Positions 54,809-63,241 of a stretch of DNA of 64,000 nucleotides are shown here, one piece after another; position 1 is the stretch's first letter; every line of letters begins with the position of its first letter. Under the pieces are notes generated by a model. It ran no database searches, was not told where the DNA came from, and worked only from the letters and a program-made list of their open reading frames with translations. The stretch is from Deltaproteobacteria bacterium (GTDB taxonomy: Bacteria; Desulfobacterota; Binatia; UBA9968): NCBI GenBank assembly GCA_009692615.1, contig SHYW01000010.1, forward strand, positions 2,670 to 66,669, in the 5' to 3' direction. Made by a program: the position numbers and the translations under genes.

Positions 54809-55773
54809 AAACATGCGTCCTATTCGTCTTATCGGTCCTATTCCCCCTCCACGCTTTCGCCGAACGAGTGCGCACCGTCGTGCCGCGCGCCACGCTCAAC
54901 TATCTGAGCATCCCCGTCGCCGAAGCCAAAGGCTACTTCCGCGATCAAGGTTTGGAAAATGAAACCATCGTCATCCCCGGCAGCACCGCCATCGCCGCTC
55001 TGGTCAGCGGCAACGTCGACTATAGCGGCGCCGGCGGCACCGGCATGCGCGCGGCGCTGCGCGGCGCGCCGATCAAAGCGGTGATGTTTCAGACCGAGAA
55101 AGTGACTTGGTACTTGCTCGCCGCCGCCGACATTCAGAAAATTTCCGATCTCAAAGGTAAACGCGTCGCCGTCGGCACCGTCGGCGACACCCAAGACACA
55201 TTGATCACGATGATGGTCGAACGCGAAGGTTTGTCGAGCCGCGACATCACGCGCATCGCCATGCCGTCGCGCAACACCACCAGCACGATCCTGTCCCTCA
55301 AGAGCGGCGCCTTCAGCGCCGCGGTGGTCAACGCCGACGAATCGCTGCTCGGCGAAAAAGAAGGGCTGCGCACGCTCGGCTTCATCGGCGATCTGTTCCC
55401 TTATCCGTTTCAAGGTTTTATGGCCGCCGACAAGATGATCGCCGAGAAGCCCAACGACATAAAAAGGTGGCTGCGCGCCATGGCCCGTTCGTTGATGTTC
55501 ATCCGCGAACGGCCCGAAGAAGCGGCCGACATCGCGCTAAAAAAATTGCCCATGGGCAACATGAGTCGTGCTCTAGTCGTCGAAGGCATCCGCCGCTTCG
55601 CCAAGGCGCTGCCCGACGGTGTGCCCGGCTTGCCGTCGGCGCAAGGCATCAAGAACGTCATCGAGTACGATGTCAAAGCGCCGCTCAAAACCAAAGAAGA
55701 TGTGCCGGTGGAAAAAATCATGAGCCTGCGCTTGATGCGCGAGGTCAAAGAAGAGTTGGAAAGCAAACGCTAA
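54805..55773 (+). CDS. NMT1/SsuA-like substrate-binding protein
   Basis: This is the internal ATG 54805 of track ORF 54604..55773, overlapping the upstream stop (ATGA). It has signal peptide MKTCVLFVLSVLFPLHAFA and family blocks (IQKISDLKGKRVAVGTVG). Confidence 0.8.
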   Translation: MKTCVLFVLSVLFPLHAFAERVRTVVPRATLNYLSIPVAEAKGYFRDQGLENETIVIPGSTAIAALVSGNVDYSGAGGTGMRAALRGAPIKAVMFQTEKVTWYLLAAADIQKISDLKGKRVAVGTVGDTQDTLITMMVEREGLSSRDITRIAMPSRNTTSTILSLKSGAFSAAVVNADESLLGEKEGLRTLGFIGDLFPYPFQGFMAADKMIAEKPNDIKRWLRAMARSLMFIRERPEEAADIALKKLPMGNMSRALVVEGIRRFAKALPDGVPGLPSAQGIKNVIEYDVKAPLKTKEDVPVEKIMSLRLMREVKEELESKR

Positions 55774-55798
55774 GCCGAGCAAAAGAGGAACTTCCACA

Positions 55799-56797
55799 AT
55801 GAAGCCAATGATCTCTGGATTGTTATTGTCGATCACGGTGCTCTGCTGTGGCAACGCGGCACACGCCGCCAAGGCTTCCGTGCTCATCGATTTCGATCCC
55901 AAGAGCGCCGAGCAAACCGTTATCGTCGAAAGCATCGCCGCCGATCACAAAGGACTGCTCTATGCCTGCGACCGCGTCACCGGCAACGTCTGGCGCATCG
56001 ATCCGAAAAATCCCAAGCTCGTGGTCGTCGGCAAAGTTCAAGAACGCGACATCGGCGGCAAAAAAGTTCGCGCCGATGTTTCCGGCATTGTCTTCAATCA
56101 AGCCGGCGATCTCTACTTGACCGCCGGCGGCTTCAAAGAAGTGCTGCGCATCCGCGCGCGCAATCTCGATGCGGACAATCCCGGTGTCGCACAGACCTTC
56201 GCCATCGAAACCGAAGGCGCCAACGGCATCGACTTCGATAAGAACGGCTATCTCTTCGTCAGCGGCGGGCGCAACGGCAGAATTTACCGCACCGGACCCG
56301 AAGGTGGCCGCGCCGAAGTGTTCGCGCAAATTGCGTTGCACACGCGCGTCCTTCCCGACGGTAAGACCGAGCAGGCGGTGACGGCGAACGGAATGGTTTT
56401 CGACAAACAAGGCACCACCCTTTACATCACCGACACCGCCCGCGGTGCGATCTGGAAACTCGCCATCGGCGCCGACGGCAAAGCCAGCCAGCCGGCACTC
56501 ATGACACAGAGCGCTTTGCTGGAAGGCGCGGACGGCCCAGCCTTCGATCCCCAAGGCAATCTCTGGGTCGCCGCCAACGAACGCAACGCCGTTGTCCTGG
56601 TGCAACCCGACGTCCGCGTCTTCGACGTGCAAAAAAACGACAGCAAAGGCCCGCTGGAGTTTCCCACTTCGGTGGTATTTGTCGATGGCACAGCTTACGT
56701 CAGCAATTTCGACACGCCGCGGCGCGACAATCTGGCCGCAGACGGTAAATCATCCGTCGACGGCATCGGCGCGTCGATCGTCAAGATCGAACGGTGA
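55799..56797 (+). CDS. Secreted SMP-30/gluconolactonase/LRE-like beta-propeller protein
   Basis: 332 aa with a signal peptide and repeated propeller-blade-like segments (..GLLYACD.., ..GDLYLT.., ..GYLFVS.., ..TTLYITD.., ..GNLWVA..). Confidence 0.55.
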   Translation: MKPMISGLLLSITVLCCGNAAHAAKASVLIDFDPKSAEQTVIVESIAADHKGLLYACDRVTGNVWRIDPKNPKLVVVGKVQERDIGGKKVRADVSGIVFNQAGDLYLTAGGFKEVLRIRARNLDADNPGVAQTFAIETEGANGIDFDKNGYLFVSGGRNGRIYRTGPEGGRAEVFAQIALHTRVLPDGKTEQAVTANGMVFDKQGTTLYITDTARGAIWKLAIGADGKASQPALMTQSALLEGADGPAFDPQGNLWVAANERNAVVLVQPDVRVFDVQKNDSKGPLEFPTSVVFVDGTAYVSNFDTPRRDNLAADGKSSVDGIGASIVKIER

Positions 56798-56803
56798 CGT
56801 CCT

Positions 56804-57796
56804 GTGAACCGAGCCAAAATTATCATTCTGTCATTGGTCGTATCGGTCCTATTCTTTCCATCGGCCCACGCCCAAGAAAAGAAAAATCTCCGCGTCGTCT
56901 TCGTCAGCTTGTCGTGGAACGCCCAACTACCGTTCCGCATCGCCAACGCCAAAGGTTTTTTCAGAGAGCAAGGACTGACGGTGGAGCCGATCTTCGTGCG
57001 CGGCGGGCCGATCGCGATCGCCGCGCTGGTCTCCGGCAATGTCGATTTCGCCAGCATCGGCGGAGCCCAGGCGGCGATGCGCAGTAAAGCGAAAGGCCTC
57101 GATCTCAACATCATCTCGTCGTTGTCCAATTACACCAACTACACGCTGATCGGCGGCAAGGAGAATAAACGGCTCGAAGATCTGCGCGGCAAAACCGTCG
57201 GCATCACCGGCGCCGGCACGTTTTCCGATTTTACCATTCGGCTTTATCTCAAGCGCAACAATATCGATCCCGACAAGGACGTGGCGCTGCGCGCCATCGG
57301 CCAAACCGTGGTGCGTGCCGGCGCGCTGGAAAAAGGCTTGATCGCCGCCGCGCCGTTTTCTGCCGAGGACGCGGTCAAACTCCTCGACAAAGGTTTTCCA
57401 TTGATCGTCAACTTGAATGAAGCCCTGCGCGTGCCGCAAAGCGTCTACGTCACCCGCGGCGATTTTCTCGAAAAGTTTCCCGACACGTCCAAGCGATTTC
57501 TTAAGGCGGTGATTCTCGGCATGCAGTTGGCCAAATACAACAAACAGGAAGCGATCAAGATCGGCTTCGCCGCCGGACTCCAAGGCGACCCCTACATCGT
57601 CAACCGCTCCTACGATCTGTTCAGCCCCGGCTACGCCGGCGATCTCTCGGTCGCCTGGGACGGCATCCAGATCATGCTCGACGACGACATCCGCACCGGC
57701 CTGGTCGACAAAAAATTTACGCTGGACCGCGTCATCAACGACCGGATCTTGAAACAAGCGCAGCAGGAGTTGAGGAACGAAGGACGGCTGAGGTAA
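56804..57796 (+). CDS. NMT1/SsuA-like substrate-binding protein
   Basis: 330 aa with a GTG start, signal peptide ..VLFFPSAHA and family blocks (LEDLRGKTVGITGAGTFSDF, LKRNNIDPDKD). Confidence 0.8.
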   Translation: MNRAKIIILSLVVSVLFFPSAHAQEKKNLRVVFVSLSWNAQLPFRIANAKGFFREQGLTVEPIFVRGGPIAIAALVSGNVDFASIGGAQAAMRSKAKGLDLNIISSLSNYTNYTLIGGKENKRLEDLRGKTVGITGAGTFSDFTIRLYLKRNNIDPDKDVALRAIGQTVVRAGALEKGLIAAAPFSAEDAVKLLDKGFPLIVNLNEALRVPQSVYVTRGDFLEKFPDTSKRFLKAVILGMQLAKYNKQEAIKIGFAAGLQGDPYIVNRSYDLFSPGYAGDLSVAWDGIQIMLDDDIRTGLVDKKFTLDRVINDRILKQAQQELRNEGRLR

Positions 57797-57839
57797 GACA
57801 ATGCCACGAAGCAACTGAATTCGGGAAGGAGCTTCAGTT

Positions 57840-58652
57840 ATGAACCAAGAACTGACCGCCGGCATCCCCTATACCGTGGACACAGGTGAAAAACTCGTCA
57901 ACGAAACCTTCGGTCCGAATAATATTCGCCGTCGTAAAACCGGGACCCATGAATTAATGCGCATGCCGGTGCGCAATGGTCGCTTGTATGCCAATGAGAT
58001 TTCATTTGAGAGAAACGGCTTTGTCCTGGTCGAGCATCAAACCAAAGTCGCCGACTTCTTCGACACCAAGCAACTGGAAACGGTGTACTACCCGGAGGTC
58101 GAGCAGTTGATCAAACGGCAATCGGGCGCGGCGCGGGTGGCGATCTTCGACCACACGTTGCGCTCGGGCGACGAAGCGGAACGCGAAACCAAACTCATCC
58201 GCGAACCGGTGATGTCGGCGCACAACGATTATACCGAATGGTCCGGGCCTAATCGGCTGCGCGAATTTCTTCCCGACGAAGCCGAAGCTTTGCTGACCCG
58301 CCGCTTCGCCATCATTCAAGTTTGGCGCGCGATCAACCAAACGATCCAAGCCAATCCACTGGCGCTGGCCGACGCACAGAGCGTAGCGACGGAAGATCTC
58401 GTCGTCGCCGAGCGCCGCTACCCGCACCGCGTCGGCCAAACTTATCGCTTAAAGCATCGCGGCGATCATCGTTGGTATTACTTTCCCGAAATGCGCCGCG
58501 ACGAAGCGCTGGTGTTCAAAGTCTACGATTCGAAAAAAGACGGCTGCGCCCGCTTCACGCCGCACACGTCGTTCGACGACCCGACCTCGCCACCGAACGC
58601 GTCGCCGCGGCAAAGCATCGAAGTGCGGGCGTTCGCGTTTTTCGCTGCCTAG
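57840..58652 (+). CDS. CmcJ/NvfI-like oxidoreductase-family protein
   Basis: 270 aa. ..REPVMSAHNDYTEWSG.. and ..FAIIQVWRAI.. resemble the CmcJ/AsaB-type family. The call is from memory of the family pattern only. Confidence 0.5.
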   Translation: MNQELTAGIPYTVDTGEKLVNETFGPNNIRRRKTGTHELMRMPVRNGRLYANEISFERNGFVLVEHQTKVADFFDTKQLETVYYPEVEQLIKRQSGAARVAIFDHTLRSGDEAERETKLIREPVMSAHNDYTEWSGPNRLREFLPDEAEALLTRRFAIIQVWRAINQTIQANPLALADAQSVATEDLVVAERRYPHRVGQTYRLKHRGDHRWYYFPEMRRDEALVFKVYDSKKDGCARFTPHTSFDDPTSPPNASPRQSIEVRAFAFFAA

Positions 58653-58734
58653 CAAATTGTCTCAAGCTGCTAGTCGTTTATTCTGATCAACTCACCATGA
58701 AGAGTAAGAAGGTTCGGATAATTTAAAGTCCGAA

Positions 58735-58764
58735 CTTCGTGCTCTTCGTGTCCTTCGTGGTGAA
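58735..58764. repeat. CACGAA-periodic repeat, copy 5 (single arm, TTCGTG orientation)
   Basis: CTTCGTGCTCTTCGTGTCCTTCGTGGTGAA. Confidence 0.5.
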
Positions 58765-58815
58765 ACCATCATTCTAGTCGCTGTGAAAATTTCCCGGCAA
58801 TTTTTCTTACAGCCA

Positions 58816-58843
58816 TTCACAAGATCGCCGTCTCTGCTATAAT
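58816..58843 (+). promoter_or_regulatory. Sigma70-type promoter candidate with extended -10
   Basis: TTCACA (58816-21), a 16-nt spacer ending in TGC, then a perfect TATAAT (58838-43). It lies about 140 nt upstream of the Sel1 gene ATG. Confidence 0.45.
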
Positions 58844-58984
58844 CGGTGGCGAAGATCAAACCTACCAATGTGTAATCGATGTGATATAGGGTGCGCTTGC
58901 GCACCGTCGGCATCCACGATGCCAACATTGAATTGATGTGGCAAAACTACGACCGCGAATCCTAATCATACATCACGGTTAGTA

Positions 58985-59560
58985 ATGACGGTAAAAATCG
59001 ATCCGAAACAGAGACTACGGGATATTGAGAAAACGATATTTTCCGGCAATTTTGCTCGCGCCCACAAACTTCTCAAGCCATTGCTTCTTCAAAAAAATGC
59101 AGAAGCATACTTTTTCTCCTCATCCATTTCCAAGCATAAGGAATCAATAAGAGCCTTCGAAAAGCGGCACGTAGCGGAGCTGACAGAGTCCGCTGACCTT
59201 GGCTATCCCCGAGCGATTTATGGCCTTGGTGCTTGTTATGACTGTGGCGACTTCGTTCCACAAGATAAACAAAAAGCGTCTGCACTTTTCAAACGCGCGG
59301 CTGATTTAGGACACGTACACAGTCAGTGGATACATGGCGTGGAATTGCTTTACGGCCTTGGTTCCTTTCGAAAAAATCAAAGAGCTGGCGCCAGATATCT
59401 GATCCGGGCAGCGGAAGGAAAGCACAAATACGCACTTGAGATACTTGCTGAGTGCCATGCAAAAGGAACAAACGGATTTCCTCGCGATCCCAAACTCTCG
59501 AAGCGATATTCTACCGCGGCTCGTAAAGCTAAAGCGTTCTGGGAGCGTGATGACACATAA
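58985..59560 (+). CDS. Sel1-like repeat (SLR/TPR-type) protein
   Basis: 191 aa with repeated ..A..Y.LG.CY..G.GV.QD...A..WF.KAA.-like units (GYPRAIYGLGACYDCGDFVPQDKQKASALFKRAADLGH). The segment is lower in GC. Confidence 0.8.
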   Translation: MTVKIDPKQRLRDIEKTIFSGNFARAHKLLKPLLLQKNAEAYFFSSSISKHKESIRAFEKRHVAELTESADLGYPRAIYGLGACYDCGDFVPQDKQKASALFKRAADLGHVHSQWIHGVELLYGLGSFRKNQRAGARYLIRAAEGKHKYALEILAECHAKGTNGFPRDPKLSKRYSTAARKAKAFWERDDT

Positions 59561-59687
59561 CGATCCGTTGAACGGGGAGCGCAGCCAAAATTACGAGCTG
59601 TGTACTCGGAATTTACCATTCTGGAACTTGCCGTCAGCGATATTCGACCAAACCGTTCAATAGCCCCACGGAGAAACCAAAGACGCC

Positions 59688-61739
59688 ATGTTTAAGCCCA
59701 TGCCCAAATCCGAAACGGCAACCGGCGAAAGCCAACCGGCAGAACCGAAGAAAAACGTCACCGCCGCCGAGATGGGCGCGCGCCAGCGGAATATTTCCGT
59801 CTCGGAGTTTTTCACCAAGAACCGCCACTTGTTGGGCTTCGACAATCCGCGCAAAGCGCTGCTCACCTGCATCAAAGAAGCCGTCGATAACGCGCTCGAC
59901 GCCTGCGAAGAAGCGGGCATCTTGCCGGAAGTGACCGTTAAGCTCGAAGTCGTTGCCAACGGCGGCCCCATGCCCACGCCGGCCCAAGCGACGCGCTTTC
60001 GCGTGACGGTCATCGATGACGGCCCCGGCATCGTGCGCCAACAGATTCCGCCGATCTTCGCTAAGCTGCTCTACGGTTCGAAGTTTCACCGCCTGCGCAT
60101 GAGCCGCGGCCAGCAAGGCATTGGCATCTCGGCCGCCGGCATGTACGCACAGTTGACCACCGGCAAACCGGTGCAGATCATCTCACGCACCGGCCCACGC
60201 GCGCCGGCGCACTATTTCGAAGTGCAGATCGATACCAAAAAAAATGAACCGCGGATTTTCGAAAATAAAAAGATCGACTGGGAAATTCCGCGCGGCACCC
60301 AGGTTAGTCTTGAAATCGAAGGCCGATATCAAAAAGGGCGCGCCTCGGTGGACGAGTATCTGGAACAAACCGCGATCGCCAACCCGCATGTGAAACTCGT
60401 CTATCACACACCGGAAGGCGAGGTAAAACAATATCCGCGCACCATCGCAGAGCTGCCGCCCCAGCCGCGCGAGATCAAGCCCCATCCTTACGGCATCGAA
60501 TTCGGCATGATGCTCAAGATGCTGCACGACACCAAGAGCCACTCGCTCTCGGGATTTCTCTCGAGCGAATTTAGCCGAGTGTCCTCCAGTGTCGCCCAGG
60601 AGATCTGCAAGGCAGCGAAGCTTTCGCCGGACACCCGGCCAAGAAACCTGCACGGAGCGGTAGCCGAGAATTTTTATAAGACGATCCAGGCGACAAAAAT
60701 CATGGCGCCACCGTCGAACTGCCTCTCGCCCATCGGCGAGAGGGCGATTCTGCACGGCTTGTATAAACAGATCAAAGGCGAATTCTACACCGCGGTGACC
60801 CGGCCGCCGGCGGTTTACCGCGGCAATCCGTTTGTCATCGAAGCAGGCTTGGCCTTCGGCAAAAATCCAGAACTAGCGGCGAAAGTAAAAGAACAAAGTA
60901 GCCCCCGCGCCGAAGGCGAAGACAAAGACGACGACAGCGAGTTGGCGAGCGTCATCCGTTACGCCAACCGCGTGCCGCTGCTCTATCAACAATCGGCCTG
61001 CGCAACATTTAAATCGGTCCTCGACACCAGTTGGCGCAACTACGGCGTGGCCCAATCGCGCGGCGCGCTGCCAGCCGGGCCGATGGTCATCTTCGTTCAC
61101 ATGGCCTCGGTCTGGGTGCCGTTCACCAGCGAATCGAAAGAAGCCATCGCCGAATACGACGAGATCAGAAAAGAAATCAAACTGGCGCTACAGGAATGCG
61201 GCCGGCGCCTGGGCGTATTTTTACGACGACGAGAACGCGCCAAGGGCGAGTTTCGCCGGCGTAATATCTTCGCCCTGTATATCGAAGAAGTGGTCGACGC
61301 CTGCGCGCGCTTGAAAGGCGGCAAGCTCGCCAAGGAGAAACTCAAAGCGCAGCTGCAAAAGATCGCCGCCAAACGCACCGGCGGCGAAAAGACCGACGAG
61401 ATCCTCGGCCGCGACGGCGGCGGACCGGAAGGACTGCCGCACTCGATCATTGTCACCGCCGAGGGCATCGAAGGCGATGCGCCGGTGGTGCCGTCGACTC
61501 AAGAGAACGATGTCGAAGTTGGCCAAGAAGAAACGTCCGATGAGCAGGAGCCGACGTTGCCAACATTGGCGCTGAAAAAAACTAAATCTGCGAAAAAGAA
61601 CAAAGCGATAAAAGCAAGTCCTTCGCACGGCGCAAAATTCGCAAGTGCCAAGCAGATGACGTTGGGTTTCGACAAACGGAGCGGCAAAACAGCAAAGAAA
61701 CCAGGAAAGAACCATGGCGGCAAAAAAAGCAAAAAATAA
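59688..61739 (+). CDS. top6B: DNA topoisomerase VI subunit B with long acidic-then-lysine-rich C-terminal tail
   Basis: ISVSEFFTKNRHLLGFDNPRKALLTCIKEAVDNALDA is the Bergerat N-box. VIDDGPGI (G1) and GQQGIGISAAGMY (G2) are also present. The tail reads ..ETSDEQEPTLPTLALKKTKSAKKNKAIK..GKTAKKPGKNHGGKKSKK. Confidence 0.9.
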   Translation: MFKPMPKSETATGESQPAEPKKNVTAAEMGARQRNISVSEFFTKNRHLLGFDNPRKALLTCIKEAVDNALDACEEAGILPEVTVKLEVVANGGPMPTPAQATRFRVTVIDDGPGIVRQQIPPIFAKLLYGSKFHRLRMSRGQQGIGISAAGMYAQLTTGKPVQIISRTGPRAPAHYFEVQIDTKKNEPRIFENKKIDWEIPRGTQVSLEIEGRYQKGRASVDEYLEQTAIANPHVKLVYHTPEGEVKQYPRTIAELPPQPREIKPHPYGIEFGMMLKMLHDTKSHSLSGFLSSEFSRVSSSVAQEICKAAKLSPDTRPRNLHGAVAENFYKTIQATKIMAPPSNCLSPIGERAILHGLYKQIKGEFYTAVTRPPAVYRGNPFVIEAGLAFGKNPELAAKVKEQSSPRAEGEDKDDDSELASVIRYANRVPLLYQQSACATFKSVLDTSWRNYGVAQSRGALPAGPMVIFVHMASVWVPFTSESKEAIAEYDEIRKEIKLALQECGRRLGVFLRRRERAKGEFRRRNIFALYIEEVVDACARLKGGKLAKEKLKAQLQKIAAKRTGGEKTDEILGRDGGGPEGLPHSIIVTAEGIEGDAPVVPSTQENDVEVGQEETSDEQEPTLPTLALKKTKSAKKNKAIKASPSHGAKFASAKQMTLGFDKRSGKTAKKPGKNHGGKKSKK

Positions 61740-62820
61740 CGGCGTAGTCGAGAAAAAACTCATCGGCGTCGCCGATATCGTGATCGGCGCGGCGCAGCGC
61801 AGTCAGGACCCGGCGCTGTCGATTCCCGTGCGCAGCCTGGCCAACGTCAACTTCAACGCCAAGCGTGGCCTCATCGAGATGGGCAAGCGCAAACAGACGC
61901 GGACCTTTTTCAACGTCGGCATGGCCAAGAAATTCATGCAGACCATGCTGGTGGCCGACGCCCTAGCCGAACTCCAGCGCGCCAATCTGACGACGTCGCT
62001 GCGGGAAATTTATTACCGCACCAAACACACGATGAAGAACTCCAACGAGAACACCTTCGACGACCAGAACGAGTCCGATCCGTTGATAGAAGATCTCGAA
62101 GTCACCCTCGAAGCGCTGCGCGAAGAACTCCATGTCCGCGCCGAAAACCGCGGCACCGTGGTCGGCCCGTTGACGATTGTCGACGATGGCGACCGCGTCG
62201 ATTGCACCAAACTCGGCAACGGCGGCTACTCGGTGCCGTCCATCGTCGAGCCGGAATATATTCAGATCAGCAAATGCACCGCCGACTTCGTTCTGCTGGT
62301 CGAAAAAGGCACCCAGTGGAATCGCTTGTCGGAAGATAAGTTTTGGCGCCGCTATAATTGCATCCTGCTCACCGGCAATGGCCAACCGCCGCGCGGCGTG
62401 CGCCGTCTAGCGCGCCGGCTGCACGAAGATTACAAACTGCCGGTCTACGTGCTCGTCGACAACGATCCCTGGGGCTACTACATCTATTCCGTCATCAAGC
62501 AGGGATCGATCAATCTGGCCTTTGAAAGCGAACGCATGGCGATTCCAAAAGCCAAATTTATCGGCTTCTCCAGCGCCGATCCCGAGCGCTACGGCCTGCC
62601 GCGCAACGTCGGTATTAAGTTGAACGACAAAGACATCAACCGCGCCAAGGAACTGATGAAGTACAAATGGTTTCAGAAAAAGGAATGGCAAAACGAAATC
62701 AAGGGCATGCTCACCAGCGGTTTGAAGTTCGAACTCGATGCCTTGGCGAATAAAGATTTTCAGTACCTGACGAAAACCTATCTGCCAAGAAAGCTCAAAG
62801 ACAAAGACTGGCTGGATTAG
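61714..62820 (+). CDS. top6A: DNA topoisomerase VI subunit A (Spo11-type)
   Basis: It has the catalytic-Tyr region LREIYYR, the Toprim Glu in VLLVEKG, and DxD in YVLVDNDPWGYYIYSV. It overlaps top6B by 26 nt. Confidence 0.9.
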   Translation: MAAKKAKNNGVVEKKLIGVADIVIGAAQRSQDPALSIPVRSLANVNFNAKRGLIEMGKRKQTRTFFNVGMAKKFMQTMLVADALAELQRANLTTSLREIYYRTKHTMKNSNENTFDDQNESDPLIEDLEVTLEALREELHVRAENRGTVVGPLTIVDDGDRVDCTKLGNGGYSVPSIVEPEYIQISKCTADFVLLVEKGTQWNRLSEDKFWRRYNCILLTGNGQPPRGVRRLARRLHEDYKLPVYVLVDNDPWGYYIYSVIKQGSINLAFESERMAIPKAKFIGFSSADPERYGLPRNVGIKLNDKDINRAKELMKYKWFQKKEWQNEIKGMLTSGLKFELDALANKDFQYLTKTYLPRKLKDKDWLD

Positions 62821-62933
62821 CGCGACGCTGTCGGCAAACGCGTGCATCGTGATGTCATTGCAAAGCTAAGCCAAGGAATTTCGCCTGGGCAAACAACTGA
62901 AACGGCGAAGAGCGATCCGATGGCTCTTCTCGG

Positions 62934-62969
62934 TTCCCCCTTTTGGAAAAGGGGGATCAAGGGGGATTT
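62934..62969. repeat. Two-module G/C-tract hairpin repeat, locus B, module 2
   Basis: TTCCCCCTTTTggAAAAGGGGGATCAAGGGGGATTT has a perfect 9-bp stem (62936-44 / 62947-55). Confidence 0.65.
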
Positions 62970-63042
62970 GATTGCGTGGTGGGGCGGTTTTCTTTGTAGC
63001 CGTGCGGTTGTCCTCTGAAACGACGGAGCCAATTGCGAGAAA

Positions 63043-63085
63043 GAAAATCTCCCCTATCCCCTCTTTTCCAAAGAGGGGCACCCGA
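63043..63085. repeat. Two-module G/C-tract hairpin repeat, locus B, module 1
   Basis: GAAAATCTCCCCTATCCCCTCTTTtccAAAGAGGGGCACCCGAG has a perfect 9-bp stem (63058-66 / 63070-78). It is nearly identical to 9390-9424. Confidence 0.65.
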
Positions 63086-63241
63086 GAAAAAGCCACTTCT
63101 TGAGCGCTGGAGAAAAATTGTTCGTGCGTTCCGCGAAGCCCCCATGTCCAGCCGAAACTTATAGATAAGAATCCGCTTTCAAAAGGAGAATACTCCGAAC
63201 CTCATATGTGAATTTGTGTAAAAGAGTTAAGACTCACAACA

